A program made the translations under genes and the position numbers. DNA of 64,000 nt, taken from positions 3,616,001 through 3,680,000 of the forward strand of contig OZ243972.1 of assembly GCA_965214705.1 (NCBI GenBank), written 5' to 3'. The first letter of the stretch is position 1, and each line of letters starts with the position of its first letter. Below the pieces are notes generated by a model. That model searched no databases, had not been told where the DNA came from, and saw only the letters and a list, made by a program, of their open reading frames with translations. The DNA is from Alphaproteobacteria bacterium (GTDB lineage: Bacteria; Pseudomonadota; Alphaproteobacteria; UBA828). Shown one piece after another: positions 40,957 to 51,732 of this stretch.

Positions 40957-41907
40957 ATGACTGGAAAGACTGCGTTCGTGACCGGCGCGTCGGGCTTCAT
41001 CGGCACCAACCTGGTGAAGCAGCTGGGCGAGGCCGGCTGGTCGGTGACCGCGATGCACCGCGAGACTTCGGACCTCACCTACCTGAGCCGGTTCCCGGCA
41101 TCGCTGGTGGTGGGCGACATCGGGGACCGGGCGTTTCTGGCGGGCGCGATCCCGGACGGCGTGGATGCCTTGTTCCACGTGGCCGGCAACGTGAGCTTCG
41201 ATTCCGCCGGCGACGAGGCCCAGACCCACGCCAACGTGGCGGGCACCCGCGCCATCGTCGAGGCGGCACAGGCCAGGAACGTCGGGCGCTTCATCCATAC
41301 GTCGACGGGCGCGACGTGGGGTCTTCACGACGGCATGCCCATCGACGAGACCGCGCCGTCGAACGCCGACGAGCTTCCGGTCAACTATTGCCGCTCCAAG
41401 AAGGCCGCCGAGGACATCGTGCTGGAGGCTGTGGCTGGCGGCCTCGATGCGGTCTGTGTCAACCCCGGCAACGTGGTCGGCCCCTACGATCGGGTGATCT
41501 GGGGCCCCTTCGTGCAGGCCATCGCGGGCGGCGCCATGACCACCGTGGGCGTCGGCGGCGGCTCCTTCTGCCATATCGACGGGACCGCGAAGGCGCATAT
41601 CAGCGCCTACGAGCGGGGGAGGAGAGGGGAGCGCTATATCCTCGGCGGCGCCAACGAGAAGTTCGCCACCGCAGCCGGCATCGTGGCCGAGATTGTCGGC
41701 GTCGAGCCGCCACGAGCGACGAGTGAGCGCAACCCCGACGCCAGCGACGAGATCCACTTCGTCACGAACCTGGATCAGATCATGCTGTGCGACAAGGCGA
41801 TACGGGAGCTCGGCTTCAAGCCGGTCCCGCTCCGCACCATGTTCGAAGATCTCTGCCGCTGGATGCGCGAGGAGGGGATGTTGCCCGCTGCCCCGGCCGG
41901 CGCCTGA
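40957..41907 (+). CDS. NAD-dependent epimerase/dehydratase (extended SDR, HpnA/DFR-like)
   Basis: VTGASGFIG, NVAGT, YCRSK, GERYILGG, KAIRELG. Confidence 0.85.
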   Translation: MTGKTAFVTGASGFIGTNLVKQLGEAGWSVTAMHRETSDLTYLSRFPASLVVGDIGDRAFLAGAIPDGVDALFHVAGNVSFDSAGDEAQTHANVAGTRAIVEAAQARNVGRFIHTSTGATWGLHDGMPIDETAPSNADELPVNYCRSKKAAEDIVLEAVAGGLDAVCVNPGNVVGPYDRVIWGPFVQAIAGGAMTTVGVGGGSFCHIDGTAKAHISAYERGRRGERYILGGANEKFATAAGIVAEIVGVEPPRATSERNPDASDEIHFVTNLDQIMLCDKAIRELGFKPVPLRTMFEDLCRWMREEGMLPAAPAGA

Positions 41908-41916
41908 GCACGCTCC

Positions 41917-42048
41917 TTACGGGACGATGCCGCCGGCCGAGAGGCCCGCAAGGACGCCGATGATGAGGACGGCGAGGCCGAGCCCCACCACATAAGGGAT
42001 TCGTGCCCGTGTCAGCTCCTCGAGCGAGGGGCCGTGCTCGTCGCTCAT
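41917..42048 (-). CDS. Small 43-aa single-TM membrane protein (below ORF-track cutoff)
   Basis: MSDEHGPSLEELTRARIPYVVGLGLAVLIIGVLAGLSAGGIVP*; GAGGAG RBS 9 nt upstream; mostly GC-ending codons. Confidence 0.6.
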   Translation of the reverse strand: MSDEHGPSLEELTRARIPYVVGLGLAVLIIGVLAGLSAGGIVP

Positions 42049-42136
42049 CGACGTCCACTCCTCTGGTTAGCGCGCTGCGACTCCTTGAAGGCGCGACGCC
42101 GGAAGATGCCTCAACCGGCGCCGCGTTTCCAGTCCC

Positions 42137-42931
42137 TTACTCGGCGGCCTGATGCAGCGTCGGCGCCGGGGTCAGCGGCTCCAGCGTATAGCCGTGTTCC
42201 GAGAGGGTCGCGCCGATGGTGGTGGCGAGATCGACCGCGTTCGGCCCGTCGCCGTGCAGGCAGATGCTGCGCGCCGAGATCGGCACCCGCGCACCGTCGA
42301 TGCTGAGCGTGTTGCCGGTCTCCAGGAAGAGCCCGAGCTTGTGCCGGGTGTCGTCCAAGTCCGCTCCTTCGTTTGAGCGCTTGAGCACCAGCGTGCCGTC
42401 ATCGTCGTAAGGCAGGTCGAAATAGAGCTCGCCCACCACGTCGATGCCCATACCGGCGGCGATCTTGGTGACCGCGTGGCGTTCCACCGGCGCGGGGTAG
42501 TACATCATCGGCTCGGGGCAGAGATCGATCACCGCGCGGGCGAAGGCCTCGCCCAGCGCCTCGTCGTCGTTGAGCATGCGATAGAGGGCGCCGTGGGGCT
42601 TGACGTGATGAAGCGCCATGCCGTTGGCCTCCAGCGCCGACTTCAGCGCGCCGGTCTGGTAGATCACGTAAGCGTAGAGCTCGTCTGACGTGATCGCCAT
42701 CACCCGGCGGCCGAAGCCCATGAGGTCCGGCAGTCCCGGATGGGAGCCCACGGCCACGCCGTTCTCCTTGGCGAGCGCGATGGTCTTCATCATGGTCATG
42801 GGGTCGCCGGCATGGAAGCCGCAGGCGACGTTCGCGGTGGTGATGTGGGGCATGAGCGCCTCGTCCGCCCCCATGACCCAGTTGCCGAAGCTCTCGCCGC
42901 AATCGATGTTGATGTCGAAGGTGCCGGCCAT
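42137..42931 (-). CDS. pxpA: 5-oxoprolinase subunit A (LamB/YcsF family)
   Basis: DINIDCGESFG, ANVACGFHAGDP, HPGLPDLMGFGRR, HVKPHGALY, SICLHGD. Confidence 0.88.
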   Translation of the reverse strand: MAGTFDINIDCGESFGNWVMGADEALMPHITTANVACGFHAGDPMTMMKTIALAKENGVAVGSHPGLPDLMGFGRRVMAITSDELYAYVIYQTGALKSALEANGMALHHVKPHGALYRMLNDDEALGEAFARAVIDLCPEPMMYYPAPVERHAVTKIAAGMGIDVVGELYFDLPYDDDGTLVLKRSNEGADLDDTRHKLGLFLETGNTLSIDGARVPISARSICLHGDGPNAVDLATTIGATLSEHGYTLEPLTPAPTLHQAAE

Positions 42932-43085
42932 GCCTCGATCTCCTCGTCAGGCGTGTGTCTCGCGCCATCATGCCCCGGTCCGGCGCCGGCGGGAAGGGTG
43001 AAGGGGGTGCCGCCGGTCGAGGCTGGCAGCCAGCGGCGGTTCTTGCTACAAGGGCGCCCGTTCCCCCGGATTATCGGTCTCAGGC

Positions 43086-43703
43086 ATGAGCCAGCCCACG
43101 CGCACGGCCCGCGTCGAGCGGGTTACCAAGGAGACGAGCATTACCGTCGCGGTCGATCTCGATGGGCGCGGCCGCTCGCAGATTGCCACGGGCATCGGCT
43201 TCCTCGATCACATGCTGGAGCAGCTCTCGCGCCACAGCCTGATCGATATCGAGTGCGCGGCGAAGGGCGATATAGACGTGACGCTGCACCACACGGTCGA
43301 GGACACCGGAATCACCATCGGCGAGGCCGTGAGCAAGGCCCTCGGCGAGCGGCGCGGCATCCGGCGCTATGGCAGTGCGGTGATCCCCATGGACGAGGCC
43401 TGCGCCAGGGTCTCGCTGGATGCGAGCAACCGGCCCTACCTGATCTGGCGGGTCACGTTCCAGAGGCCGCGCCTCGACGGCATGGATACCGAGCACTTCA
43501 AGGAGTGGTTTCAGGCGTTTGCGCAATCGGCGGGGCTCACGCTCCACGTCGAGGTCATGTACGGCGAGAACAGCCATCACATGATCGAGGCCTGCTACAA
43601 GAGCCTCGCGCGGGCGCTGCGCCAGGCGATCGAGCCCGACCCGCGCATGGCGGGCGAGGTGCCGTCCACCAAGGGCGTGCTCGGCGGCAGCCTGGAGGCT
43701 TGA
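43086..43703 (+). CDS. hisB: Imidazoleglycerol-phosphate dehydratase
   Basis: [38 protein letters not shown]. Confidence 0.96.
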   Translation: MSQPTRTARVERVTKETSITVAVDLDGRGRSQIATGIGFLDHMLEQLSRHSLIDIECAAKGDIDVTLHHTVEDTGITIGEAVSKALGERRGIRRYGSAVIPMDEACARVSLDASNRPYLIWRVTFQRPRLDGMDTEHFKEWFQAFAQSAGLTLHVEVMYGENSHHMIEACYKSLARALRQAIEPDPRMAGEVPSTKGVLGGSLEA

Positions 43704-43706
43704 GAC

Positions 43707-44183
43707 GTGCGCTTCTACACGGTCCACATTCCGGCCGGCGGGGAAGGCGGAGACGAAAGCGCGCTTGGCCACGCCGTGCTCGTGCGCGAAGGCTTCAACT
43801 GGCTCGCGTTCTTCTTCGCGCCGTTCTGGGCGCTTGCGGAGGGGTTGTGGCTTGCCGCCCCGGTGCTGATCGTGGCGCTCGGGGCGATCGTCGCGGTGCC
43901 CCTGGTGCTGGGCCTCGGGCCGGTCCTGCCCGTGGTGCTGGGCCTCGGCTATGCGGTGCTCGTCGGCCTATCGGCTAACGACCTGCGCCGGGCCGGGCTG
44001 GCCGGTCGCGGCTATCGGCTAGCCGAGGTGGTGGCGGCGCCGAGCCGCGCGCACGCGCTCATCCGCTACGCCGAGGCCATGACTCCGGCGCCGGCTTCGC
44101 GGCCGGCATGGGCGGCCGCCGGCGCCGCCCCGATGCCGTTCGGCCCGCGCGATCGCGATCCGAACCCCGGCTTCTGGAGCTGA
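43707..44183 (+). CDS. DUF2628-like membrane protein
   Basis: MRFYTVH...VREGFNWLAFFFAPFWAL; position between hisB and hisH. Confidence 0.75.
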   Translation: MRFYTVHIPAGGEGGDESALGHAVLVREGFNWLAFFFAPFWALAEGLWLAAPVLIVALGAIVAVPLVLGLGPVLPVVLGLGYAVLVGLSANDLRRAGLAGRGYRLAEVVAAPSRAHALIRYAEAMTPAPASRPAWAAAGAAPMPFGPRDRDPNPGFWS

Positions 44184-44189
44184 GACGCC

Positions 44190-44834
44190 GTGACCACCGC
44201 GATCATCGACTATGGCTCGGGCAATCTGCGCTCCGCCGCCAAGGCGTTCGAGCGGGCCGCGGCTGATGCCACGCCGGCCGAGCCGGTGCTGGTGACCGAC
44301 GACCCCGACCGGGTGCGGGAGGCCGACCGCATCGTGCTGCCGGGTGTTGGTGCCTTCGCCGACTGCAAGGCCGGGCTCGCCGCCCGAAGGGGCATGATCG
44401 AGGCGCTGGAGGACGCGGTGCTACGACGCGGCATGCCCTTCCTCGGCATCTGCGTAGGCATGCAGCTCATGGCGCGCGTGGGACACGAGCACGGCGAGCA
44501 CGAGGGGCTCGGCTGGCTCGACGGCGAGGTGGGGCCGCTCACGCCCGAGGACGAGGCGCTGAAGGTCCCTCACATGGGATGGAACGATCTCGCTCTGGAA
44601 GGCAAGACGCATCCGGTGCTCAAGGGCCTGCCCGGCGATGCCCATGCCTATTTCGTGCACAGCTACGGGTTGACCTGCCGCAAGCCCGGCGATGTGTTCG
44701 CCACCGTGGACTATGGCGGCCCGGTCACCGCGGTCGCGGGCCGCGACAACATGGTGGGCACGCAGTTTCATCCGGAGAAGAGCCAAGAGGTGGGCCTGAC
44801 CGTGATCGGTAACTTCCTTCGGTGGCAGCCATGA
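44190..44834 (+). CDS. hisH: Imidazole glycerol phosphate synthase, glutaminase subunit
   Basis: [37 protein letters not shown]. Confidence 0.96.
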   Translation: MTTAIIDYGSGNLRSAAKAFERAAADATPAEPVLVTDDPDRVREADRIVLPGVGAFADCKAGLAARRGMIEALEDAVLRRGMPFLGICVGMQLMARVGHEHGEHEGLGWLDGEVGPLTPEDEALKVPHMGWNDLALEGKTHPVLKGLPGDAHAYFVHSYGLTCRKPGDVFATVDYGGPVTAVAGRDNMVGTQFHPEKSQEVGLTVIGNFLRWQP

Positions 44835-45403
44835 GCCAGCTCGCGACAGTCGGACCCCGCATCGAGGTCGGCACGGTCGAGCGGCTGCGCAAGCGCGAGC
44901 TTGCCGAGCTCTGCGAGGCCGCCGCCGCCGCGATCAACGACGGCGCCGGATTCGGCTGGGTGCGCCCGCCCCAGCCCGCCGCCTTCGAGCGCTACTGGCG
45001 CGGCGTGACCGTGGTGCCCGAGCGGCTGCTCTTCATCGGCCGCATGGACGGCGTGGTGGCGGGGTCGGTCCAGCTCGTGTCGGCACCGCCCCAGAAGGAG
45101 GCCTGGCGCCTCTCCTGCCTCATCGACACGCACTTCGTGGCGCCCTGGGCGCGCGGGCACGGCCTCGCACGGCGGCTGCTGGAGGCGGCCGAGGCGGAAG
45201 CGCGCGCACGCGGCTACAAGGTGGTGAACCTGAGTGTGCGCGAGACCCAGGAGGCCGCCATCGCGCTCTACGAATCTTTGGGTTTCGAGCGCTGGGGCAC
45301 GCATCCCAAGTACGCGTTCGTGGACGGCGAGCCGATCGCCGGCCACTACTACTGCAAGGACCTGACCGATCTGACGGACGCGCCGCCGGACGCGGCGCCG
45401 TGA
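44831..45403 (+). CDS. GNAT-family N-acetyltransferase
   Basis: [26 protein letters not shown]. Confidence 0.85.
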   Translation: MSQLATVGPRIEVGTVERLRKRELAELCEAAAAAINDGAGFGWVRPPQPAAFERYWRGVTVVPERLLFIGRMDGVVAGSVQLVSAPPQKEAWRLSCLIDTHFVAPWARGHGLARRLLEAAEAEARARGYKVVNLSVRETQEAAIALYESLGFERWGTHPKYAFVDGEPIAGHYYCKDLTDLTDAPPDAAP

Positions 45404-46125
45404 TCCTCTTCCCCGCGATCGACCTCAAGGACGGCGCTTGCGTCAGGCTCGTGCAGGGCGACATGGCACGGGCCACGGTGTTCTCGAACGATCCCCCGGC
45501 GCAGGCGCGGGCCTTCGAGGCGGCGGGCTTCGCCTGGCTCCACATCGTCGATCTGGACGGTGCGTTCGCCGGCAAGCCGGTCAACGGCGATGCGGTCGAA
45601 GCCATCCTCGCGGCGGTCGATCTCCCGGTCCAGCTCGGCGGCGGCATCAGGGACATGGCGACAATCGAGGCGTGGCTGGGGGCCGGCGTGCAGCGGGTGA
45701 TCCTAGGCACCGTGGCAGTGCGCGATCCCGAGCTGGTGCGCGATGCCTGCCGGGCCTTCCCCGGCCGGATCGCGGTCGGCATCGACGCGCGCGACGGGCG
45801 CGTGGCGGTGGAAGGCTGGGCCGAGACGGTGGACATGGAGGCGCTGGAGCTGGCGCGCCGTTTCGAGGATGCCGGTGCCGCCGCGATCATCCACACCGAC
45901 ATCGCGCGCGACGGGGCGCTGGAGGGCGTTGCCGCCGCGGCAACCGGGGCGCTGGCGCGGGCGCTGGAAACACCGGTCATCGCGTCCGGCGGCGTCGCCT
46001 CTCACGCCGACCTCGAAGCGCTCAAGCCGTACGAGGCGGACGGGGTCTGCGGTGTGATCTGCGGCCGGGCGCTCTACGACGGGCGCATCGACCCGGCGCA
46101 GGCGCTGGCGCTGCTCGCCGCCTGA
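45400..46125 (+). CDS. hisA: ProFAR isomerase
   Basis: [41 protein letters not shown]. Confidence 0.96.
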   Translation: MILFPAIDLKDGACVRLVQGDMARATVFSNDPPAQARAFEAAGFAWLHIVDLDGAFAGKPVNGDAVEAILAAVDLPVQLGGGIRDMATIEAWLGAGVQRVILGTVAVRDPELVRDACRAFPGRIAVGIDARDGRVAVEGWAETVDMEALELARRFEDAGAAAIIHTDIARDGALEGVAAAATGALARALETPVIASGGVASHADLEALKPYEADGVCGVICGRALYDGRIDPAQALALLAA

Positions 46126-46149
46126 ACCCGCCGGCCGCGGCTCCGCGCC

Positions 46150-46905
46150 ATGCTGAAGATGCGCGTCATCCCGTGCCTCGACGTCCACGCCGGGCGGGTG
46201 GTGAAGGGCGTGAACTTCGTCGATCTGGTGGACGCCGGAGACCCGGTGGAGCAGGCCAGGATCTACGACGAGCAGGGGGCGGACGAGCTCTGCTTCCTGG
46301 ACATCACTGCCTCCCATGAGCAGCGCGAGACCATCTACGACGTCGTTGCCGGCACCGCCGAGGTCTGCTTCATGCCGCTCACCGTGGGCGGCGGGGTGCG
46401 CACCATCGAGGATGTCCGCGCGCTGCTGCTGGCGGGCGCCGACAAGGTCTCGATCAACACGGCGGCCGTCCACAACCCGGCGTTCGTGGCCGAGGCGGCG
46501 GAGAAATTCGGCACCCAGTGCATTGTCGTCGCCATTGACGCCAAGCGGGTCGAAGGCGGCTTCGAGATCTTCACCCACGGCGGGCGCAAGCCGACGGGGA
46601 TCGAGGCCATCGGGTGGGCCCGGCGCATGGCGGACGCGGGCGCCGGTGAAATCCTGCTGACCTCGATGGACCGGGACGGCACCCGCGTCGGTTTCGATCT
46701 CGAACTGACGCGCGCCGTGGCGGACGCGGTGACGATCCCGGTGATCGCGTCGGGCGGCGTCGGCACGCTGGATCATTTGGTGGAGGGCATCCGCGACGGC
46801 CACGCGACGGCGGTGCTGGCGGCCTCGATCTTCCATTTCGGTGAGCACTCCATCGGCGAGGCGAAGGCGCACATGCGCGCCGCCGGCATCCCCATGCGGC
46901 CATGA
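46150..46905 (+). CDS. hisF: Imidazole glycerol phosphate synthase, cyclase subunit
   Basis: [44 protein letters not shown]. Confidence 0.97.
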   Translation: MLKMRVIPCLDVHAGRVVKGVNFVDLVDAGDPVEQARIYDEQGADELCFLDITASHEQRETIYDVVAGTAEVCFMPLTVGGGVRTIEDVRALLLAGADKVSINTAAVHNPAFVAEAAEKFGTQCIVVAIDAKRVEGGFEIFTHGGRKPTGIEAIGWARRMADAGAGEILLTSMDRDGTRVGFDLELTRAVADAVTIPVIASGGVGTLDHLVEGIRDGHATAVLAASIFHFGEHSIGEAKAHMRAAGIPMRP

Positions 46906-46958
46906 CGGCGCGAACGAATTCTGTTAACCAGACGCGCTGAACGGGACGGGGCGGCAGG

Positions 46959-47306
46959 ATGAAGAGTGCGCAGGCCGGCGACGTTATCGAAGAGCTGTAC
47001 GGCGTGATCGAGCAACGCAAGGGCGGTGACCCGGAGACCTCCTACGTCGCACGCACACTCGCGCGCGGCCAGGAGCATGTCGCGAAGAAGGTGGGGGAAG
47101 AGGGCGTCGAGGTGGCGCTCGCAGGCGCCCTTGGCGACAGGAAGGGCCTCGTCTCCGAGAGCGCGGACCTGCTGTTCCACCTTCTGGTCCTGTGGTCGGC
47201 CGCAGGCGTCAAGCCGGCCGAGGTGTTCGGCGAGCTCTCGAAGAGGCGCGGCGTCTCGGGGCTGGCGCGCGAGGCGAGCAAAGGCAAGTCCGGGGACGAG
47301 CGATGA
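46959..47306 (+). CDS. hisE: Phosphoribosyl-ATP diphosphatase
   Basis: SYVA, KKVGEEGVE, ESADLLFHLLV. Confidence 0.94.
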   Translation: MKSAQAGDVIEELYGVIEQRKGGDPETSYVARTLARGQEHVAKKVGEEGVEVALAGALGDRKGLVSESADLLFHLLVLWSAAGVKPAEVFGELSKRRGVSGLAREASKGKSGDER

Positions 47307-47665
47307 GCTACGACGACAGCAACATATTCGCCAAGATCCTGCGCGGCGAAATCCCGAACGACACCGTCTACGAGGATGATGCCGTTCTCGCCTTTCGCGA
47401 CATCTCGCCGCAGGCGCCGGTGCACGTGCTGGTGATCCCGAAAGGGTCGTATATCTCGCTCGACGATTTCACGCAGAAGGCCTCGGCCGGGGAGGTGGGG
47501 CGCTTCTTCAAGACCGTGGGCGAGATCGCCCGCTCGCTCGGGCTCGAGCAGGAGGGCTTCCGCACCATCGCCAACACCGGCGTCAACGGCGGCCAGGAAG
47601 TGCCGCACTTCCACGTTCACCTCTGCGGCGGCCGGCGCCTGGGGCGCATGATCGCCAAGGACTGA
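47303..47665 (+). CDS. hinT: Histidine triad nucleotide-binding protein
   Basis: NIFAKILRGEIP, AFRDISPQAPVHVLVIPK, GQEVPHFHVH. Confidence 0.93.
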   Translation: MSYDDSNIFAKILRGEIPNDTVYEDDAVLAFRDISPQAPVHVLVIPKGSYISLDDFTQKASAGEVGRFFKTVGEIARSLGLEQEGFRTIANTGVNGGQEVPHFHVHLCGGRRLGRMIAKD

Positions 47666-47698
47666 TCGCGGCCGGGCCGTCTCGCTCGGCGCCTCCCC

Positions 47699-49219
47699 TT
47701 ATCCGTACGGGCCGATACGGCGGTAGGAGAGCGCTTCCGCGATATGCCGGCGCGCGACGGTCTCGGCGCTGCCCAAGTCCGCAATCGTGCGCGCGACCTT
47801 GAGCACGCGATGATGGCCGCGCGCCGAGAGCCTGAGCCGGTCGGTCGCCTCGGCGAGCAGCTCCCGTCCGCCCTCGTCCGGGGTCGCGATTCGGGTCAGC
47901 AACTCGCCTTCGGCCTCGGCATTGGTGCGCACGTCGGGCGGCGCATCCACGGCGCGAAAGCGCACCCGCTGGGCCGCGCGGGCGGCCGCGACCCGCGCTG
48001 CGACCTCGTGCGAGCCCTCTGCGGGCGGCGGCAGCGTGAGGTCGGCGGCCGAAAGCTCCGGCACCTCGACATGGAGGTCGATGCGGTCGTAGAGGGGGCC
48101 CGAGATGCGCGCCTGGTAGTCCTGCGCGCAGCGCGGCGCGCGGGTGCAGGCGCGCGCGGGGTCCGACAGGTAACCGCAGCGGCACGGGTTCATCGCGGCG
48201 ACGAGCTGGAAGCGCGCGGGATAGCGCACGTGGGCGTTGGCGCGGGCGACCGCCACCGCGCCGCTCTCGATGGGCTGGCGCAGCGCGTCGAGGACGGGAC
48301 GGGGAAACTCGGGCAGCTCGTCCAGGAACAGGACCCCGAGGTGGGCGAGCGAGACCTCGCCGGGGCTGGCGTGGACGCCGCCGCCCACCATCGCCGCCAT
48401 CGAGGCTGAATGGTGTGGATCGCGGAAGGGCCGGCTGCGCGTGAGGCCGTTGTCTCCGAGGAGGCCCGCGACCGAGGCGATCATGCTGACGCTCAACGCC
48501 TCCTCGGGCGCGAGCGGCGGGAGGATGCCGGGCAGGCGCGAGGCCAGCATCGACTTGCCGGTGCCGGGCGGGCCGATCATGAGCAGATTGTGGCCGCCGG
48601 CAGCGGCCACTTCGAGGGCACGCTTGGCGGTCTCCTGCCCCTTGATGTCGCGGAGGTCGGAATAGCGCGGGGGCGCGGCGAGTGCCGCCGCCTTGGGCGG
48701 TGCCTGCAGCTGCGTTCCCTTGAAGTGGTTGATGAGCGCCAGCAGGTCGGCGGGCGCAACGACCTCGCCGCCACCGGCCCAGGCGGCCTCCGTGCCGTTG
48801 GCCGCCGGGCAGATCAGCCCGCGCTCGCGCGCGTTTGCGCCGATGGCGGCCGGCAGTACGCCCGCCACCGGTATCAGCGCGCCGTCGAGACCGAGTTCGC
48901 CGAGCGCGACATAGGTGCCGAGATCCTCCGCCGACAGCACCTCCATCGCCGTCAGCAGCCCGAGCGCAATTGGCAAATCGAAGTGGCTGCCCTCCTTCTG
49001 CATGTCCGCCGGCGCGAGGTTCACGATGATCCGCCTTGCCGGCAACGCCAGCCCGAGACCGGCGAGCGCGCCGCGCACCCGCTCCCGGCTCTCCGCCACC
49101 GCCTTGTCGGGAAGGCCCACCACCATGAACGCGGGCATGCCCCCGCCGATATGTACCTGCACGTCGACCGGCAACGCCTCGATGCCCTGGAAGGCGACGG
49201 TCTCGACGTGGGCAACCAT
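47699..49219 (-). CDS. comM: YifB/ComM Mg-chelatase-like AAA+ ATPase
   Basis: VNLAPAD..KEGSHFDLPIA, GPPGTGKSM, PFRDPHHS, GVLFLDE, AAMNPCRCG. Confidence 0.92.
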   Translation of the reverse strand: MVAHVETVAFQGIEALPVDVQVHIGGGMPAFMVVGLPDKAVAESRERVRGALAGLGLALPARRIIVNLAPADMQKEGSHFDLPIALGLLTAMEVLSAEDLGTYVALGELGLDGALIPVAGVLPAAIGANARERGLICPAANGTEAAWAGGGEVVAPADLLALINHFKGTQLQAPPKAAALAAPPRYSDLRDIKGQETAKRALEVAAAGGHNLLMIGPPGTGKSMLASRLPGILPPLAPEEALSVSMIASVAGLLGDNGLTRSRPFRDPHHSASMAAMVGGGVHASPGEVSLAHLGVLFLDELPEFPRPVLDALRQPIESGAVAVARANAHVRYPARFQLVAAMNPCRCGYLSDPARACTRAPRCAQDYQARISGPLYDRIDLHVEVPELSAADLTLPPPAEGSHEVAARVAAARAAQRVRFRAVDAPPDVRTNAEAEGELLTRIATPDEGGRELLAEATDRLRLSARGHHRVLKVARTIADLGSAETVARRHIAEALSYRRIGPYG

Positions 49220-49372
49220 GGGGCAACTCTGGACTGACTCACCCGCTCGATGACTGGCGGGCGCACGTGCTCGTCCGGTTTCATATCAGAATCGGTATGA
49301 TTGCGCAGCTTCCACGGAAGACGGGTGAGTTCGATGCTGGTCCGGCGGCGGGGCGGCGGCTATGCTCGCGCC

Positions 49373-50074
49373 ATGCCGGGGACCGTCGAACGCTGGGGCG
49401 CAAGTACCGATCTCGCCGTGCTGGACCGGCTGGTGCCGGCGCACGGTCGTTCGCTCATCGATGTCGGTTGCGGCGGCGGCGCGCTGGCCCGTGCGCTGGC
49501 CGAGCGCGGTGCAACGGTACTGGGCGTCGAGCCGGACCCGGTTCAGGCGAAGCGCAATCGCGCGGCCCCGGAGACCGAAGGCGTGACCTTCGTCGAGGGG
49601 CGGGCCGAGTCGCTTCCGGCAGACGACGGTTCGGTCGACGGGGTGATCTTCGGGCGCTCCCTGCATCACGTGCCGCAAGCAGCCATGCGCCCCGCGCTGG
49701 CCGAGGCGCGCCGCGTGCTCGCACCGGGCGGCTTCGTCTACGTGATGGAGCCGGTGATGGAGGGGCCGTTCTCGGCGGTCATCAAGCCCTTCCACGACGA
49801 GACCGAGGTCCGCGAACAGGCGCGCGAGGCGGTGCGCGAGTCGGCGCCGCGCTTCGCCCGCGCGCGCGAGGTCCACTACGAGATCGAGCGGCGCTTCGAG
49901 AGCCACGACGAGTTCGTCGAGCTCTTCTCTGGCCTGACCTACAACAGCTATGGCGCCGATGCGGTGCGGAGCGAGACCGTAAGGCGCCTGTTCGAGGCCG
50001 GCCGCACGGACGCCGGCGATTACGCCTTCGTGCAACCGATGCGGGTCGATCTGCTCTTCGCCGACTCCGAATGA
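49373..50074 (+). CDS. Class I SAM-dependent methyltransferase
   Basis: IDVGCGGG, AESLP, SLHHV, RVLAPGG. Confidence 0.85.
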   Translation: MPGTVERWGASTDLAVLDRLVPAHGRSLIDVGCGGGALARALAERGATVLGVEPDPVQAKRNRAAPETEGVTFVEGRAESLPADDGSVDGVIFGRSLHHVPQAAMRPALAEARRVLAPGGFVYVMEPVMEGPFSAVIKPFHDETEVREQAREAVRESAPRFARAREVHYEIERRFESHDEFVELFSGLTYNSYGADAVRSETVRRLFEAGRTDAGDYAFVQPMRVDLLFADSE

Positions 50075-51531
50075 GCGACGCCAGCGCTCTCGCGCTCATT
50101 TCCGTTGCTGAGATGTATGAGGCCGACGCGGCGGCGGCACGCGCGGGCACGCCGGGGCTCACGCTGATGGAGAACGCCGGCCGGGCGGTGGCGGACGCTA
50201 TTGTGCGGCGGTGGGGGACGCGGCCGGTGGCGGTCCTCTGCGGCCCCGGCAACAACGGCGGCGATGGGTTCGTCGTGGCCCGACTGCTGGCGGAGGCCGG
50301 TTGGCCGGTGCGGCTCGGGCTCCTGGGCGCCCGAGAACGCCTCAAGGGCGACGCTGCAGCCATGGCCGAACGGTGGGAGCACCCGGTCGCGCCGCTCGAT
50401 CCGGCGCTGCTCGAGGGCGAGCCGCTGGCGGTCGATGCGCTGTTCGGCGCCGGGCTGACGCGACCGCTCGAGGGCGTGGCGCTGGCGCTCGCGGAGGCGT
50501 GCACCGGGCGCGATCTGCCCTGCGTCGCGGTCGACATCCCGAGCGGCGTCCACGGCGACACCGGCGAAGTCCTGGGCGGGAGCTTCGAGGCGGCGGTGAC
50601 CGTGACCTTCGCCCGGCGCAAGTACGGGCACCTGCTGTTGCCGGGGCGCGCGCGCGCCGGCGAAGTAGTGGTTGCCGACATCGGCATTCCGGAGGCGGCG
50701 ATCGACGAGCTGGCGCTTCGGGTGCATGAGAACGCGCCGGCGCTCTGGCAAGGGCTGATGCCCGGCCCCGAAGCGGTCGATCACAAGTACAGCCGCGGCC
50801 ATGCGCTCGTGGTGGGCGGCGACGGCGCGCATTCCGGCGCGGCGCGGCTCGCGGCGCGCGCGGCGCTCCGCGTGGGCGCCGGTCTGGTCACGGTCCACGC
50901 GCCCGAAGCTGCGTTGCCCGTCTATGCGTCCCAGTTATCCGCCGTCATGGTGGCATCCCTGGACGATCTGGGGGCGGCGCTTGCCGACGAGCGCCGCAAC
51001 GCGCTGCTGGTCGGCCCCGGCTGCGGCGTGAGCCCCGCGACCCGCGCAAGGACGCTCCAGGCGCTCGGCGCGGGAAAGCGCTGCGTGCTGGACGCCGACG
51101 CGCTCACCGCGTTTCAGGAGGAGCCAGCCGCGCTCTTCGCGGCCCTCGGGCCCAATGCGGTGCTGACCCCGCACGAGGGCGAGTACCGGCGTCTCTTCGC
51201 CCACGAGGGCGACAAGCTCTCCCGTGCCCGTGCCGCAGCGGTGGAGTGCGGGGCCGTGGTGGTTCTGAAAGGCGCGGATTCCGTGATCGCGGCGCCCGAC
51301 GGCAGCGCGGCGATCAATGCCAATGCGCCGCCGACCCTGGCGACGGCGGGCTCGGGCGACGTGCTGGCCGGCTTCATTCTCGGCCTGCTGGCGCAGGGGA
51401 TGCCGGCGTTCGAGGCTGCCGCTGCGGGAGTTTGGCTGCACGGCGCCGCGGCGGCCGCTTTCGGCCCCGGTTTGATCGCCGAGGACCTGAGCGAATCGCT
51501 GCCGGATGTGCTCCGAGACCTGACACTATGA
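50071..51531 (+). CDS. nnr: Bifunctional NAD(P)HX epimerase/dehydratase
   Basis: LMENAG, GPGNNGGDG, DALFGAG, DIPSG, HKYSRG, DADAL, TPHEGE, TAGSGDVLAG. Confidence 0.94.
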   Translation: MSDASALALISVAEMYEADAAAARAGTPGLTLMENAGRAVADAIVRRWGTRPVAVLCGPGNNGGDGFVVARLLAEAGWPVRLGLLGARERLKGDAAAMAERWEHPVAPLDPALLEGEPLAVDALFGAGLTRPLEGVALALAEACTGRDLPCVAVDIPSGVHGDTGEVLGGSFEAAVTVTFARRKYGHLLLPGRARAGEVVVADIGIPEAAIDELALRVHENAPALWQGLMPGPEAVDHKYSRGHALVVGGDGAHSGAARLAARAALRVGAGLVTVHAPEAALPVYASQLSAVMVASLDDLGAALADERRNALLVGPGCGVSPATRARTLQALGAGKRCVLDADALTAFQEEPAALFAALGPNAVLTPHEGEYRRLFAHEGDKLSRARAAAVECGAVVVLKGADSVIAAPDGSAAINANAPPTLATAGSGDVLAGFILGLLAQGMPAFEAAAAGVWLHGAAAAAFGPGLIAEDLSESLPDVLRDLTL

Positions 51532-51667
51532 GCAGATGATGATTCCAGCGGTACAGGAGCGGGCGAGGCTGGAGGCACGAGCCACGTTATCCCTGGAGCT
51601 ATACTCGCAAATATCAACAAGTTAGTGGGTAGGTGCGAACCAAGGCGGGGTCCATACGCGTTCGCAA

Positions 51668-51696
51668 TTGACAGCCCCGGCGAACGTGGTCATGGT
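51668..51696 (+). promoter_or_regulatory. Candidate sigma70 promoter of amt
   Basis: TTGACA-N17-CATGGT. Confidence 0.45.
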
Positions 51697-51732
51697 TCAC
51701 AAAACCGTGAATTAGGGGACAGGGACCCGGCT

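Noticed and set aside
43707-45403. DUF2628 and GNAT genes inside the his cluster
   Set aside because: A common arrangement in alphaproteobacterial his operons.
49267-51531. 754-aa extended Nnr; likewise extended ORFs 12953, 24898-26775, 56857, 60847 and 61827
   Set aside because: The extensions overlap upstream genes or the tRNA in another frame; true starts are downstream at RBS or stop-overlap positions.
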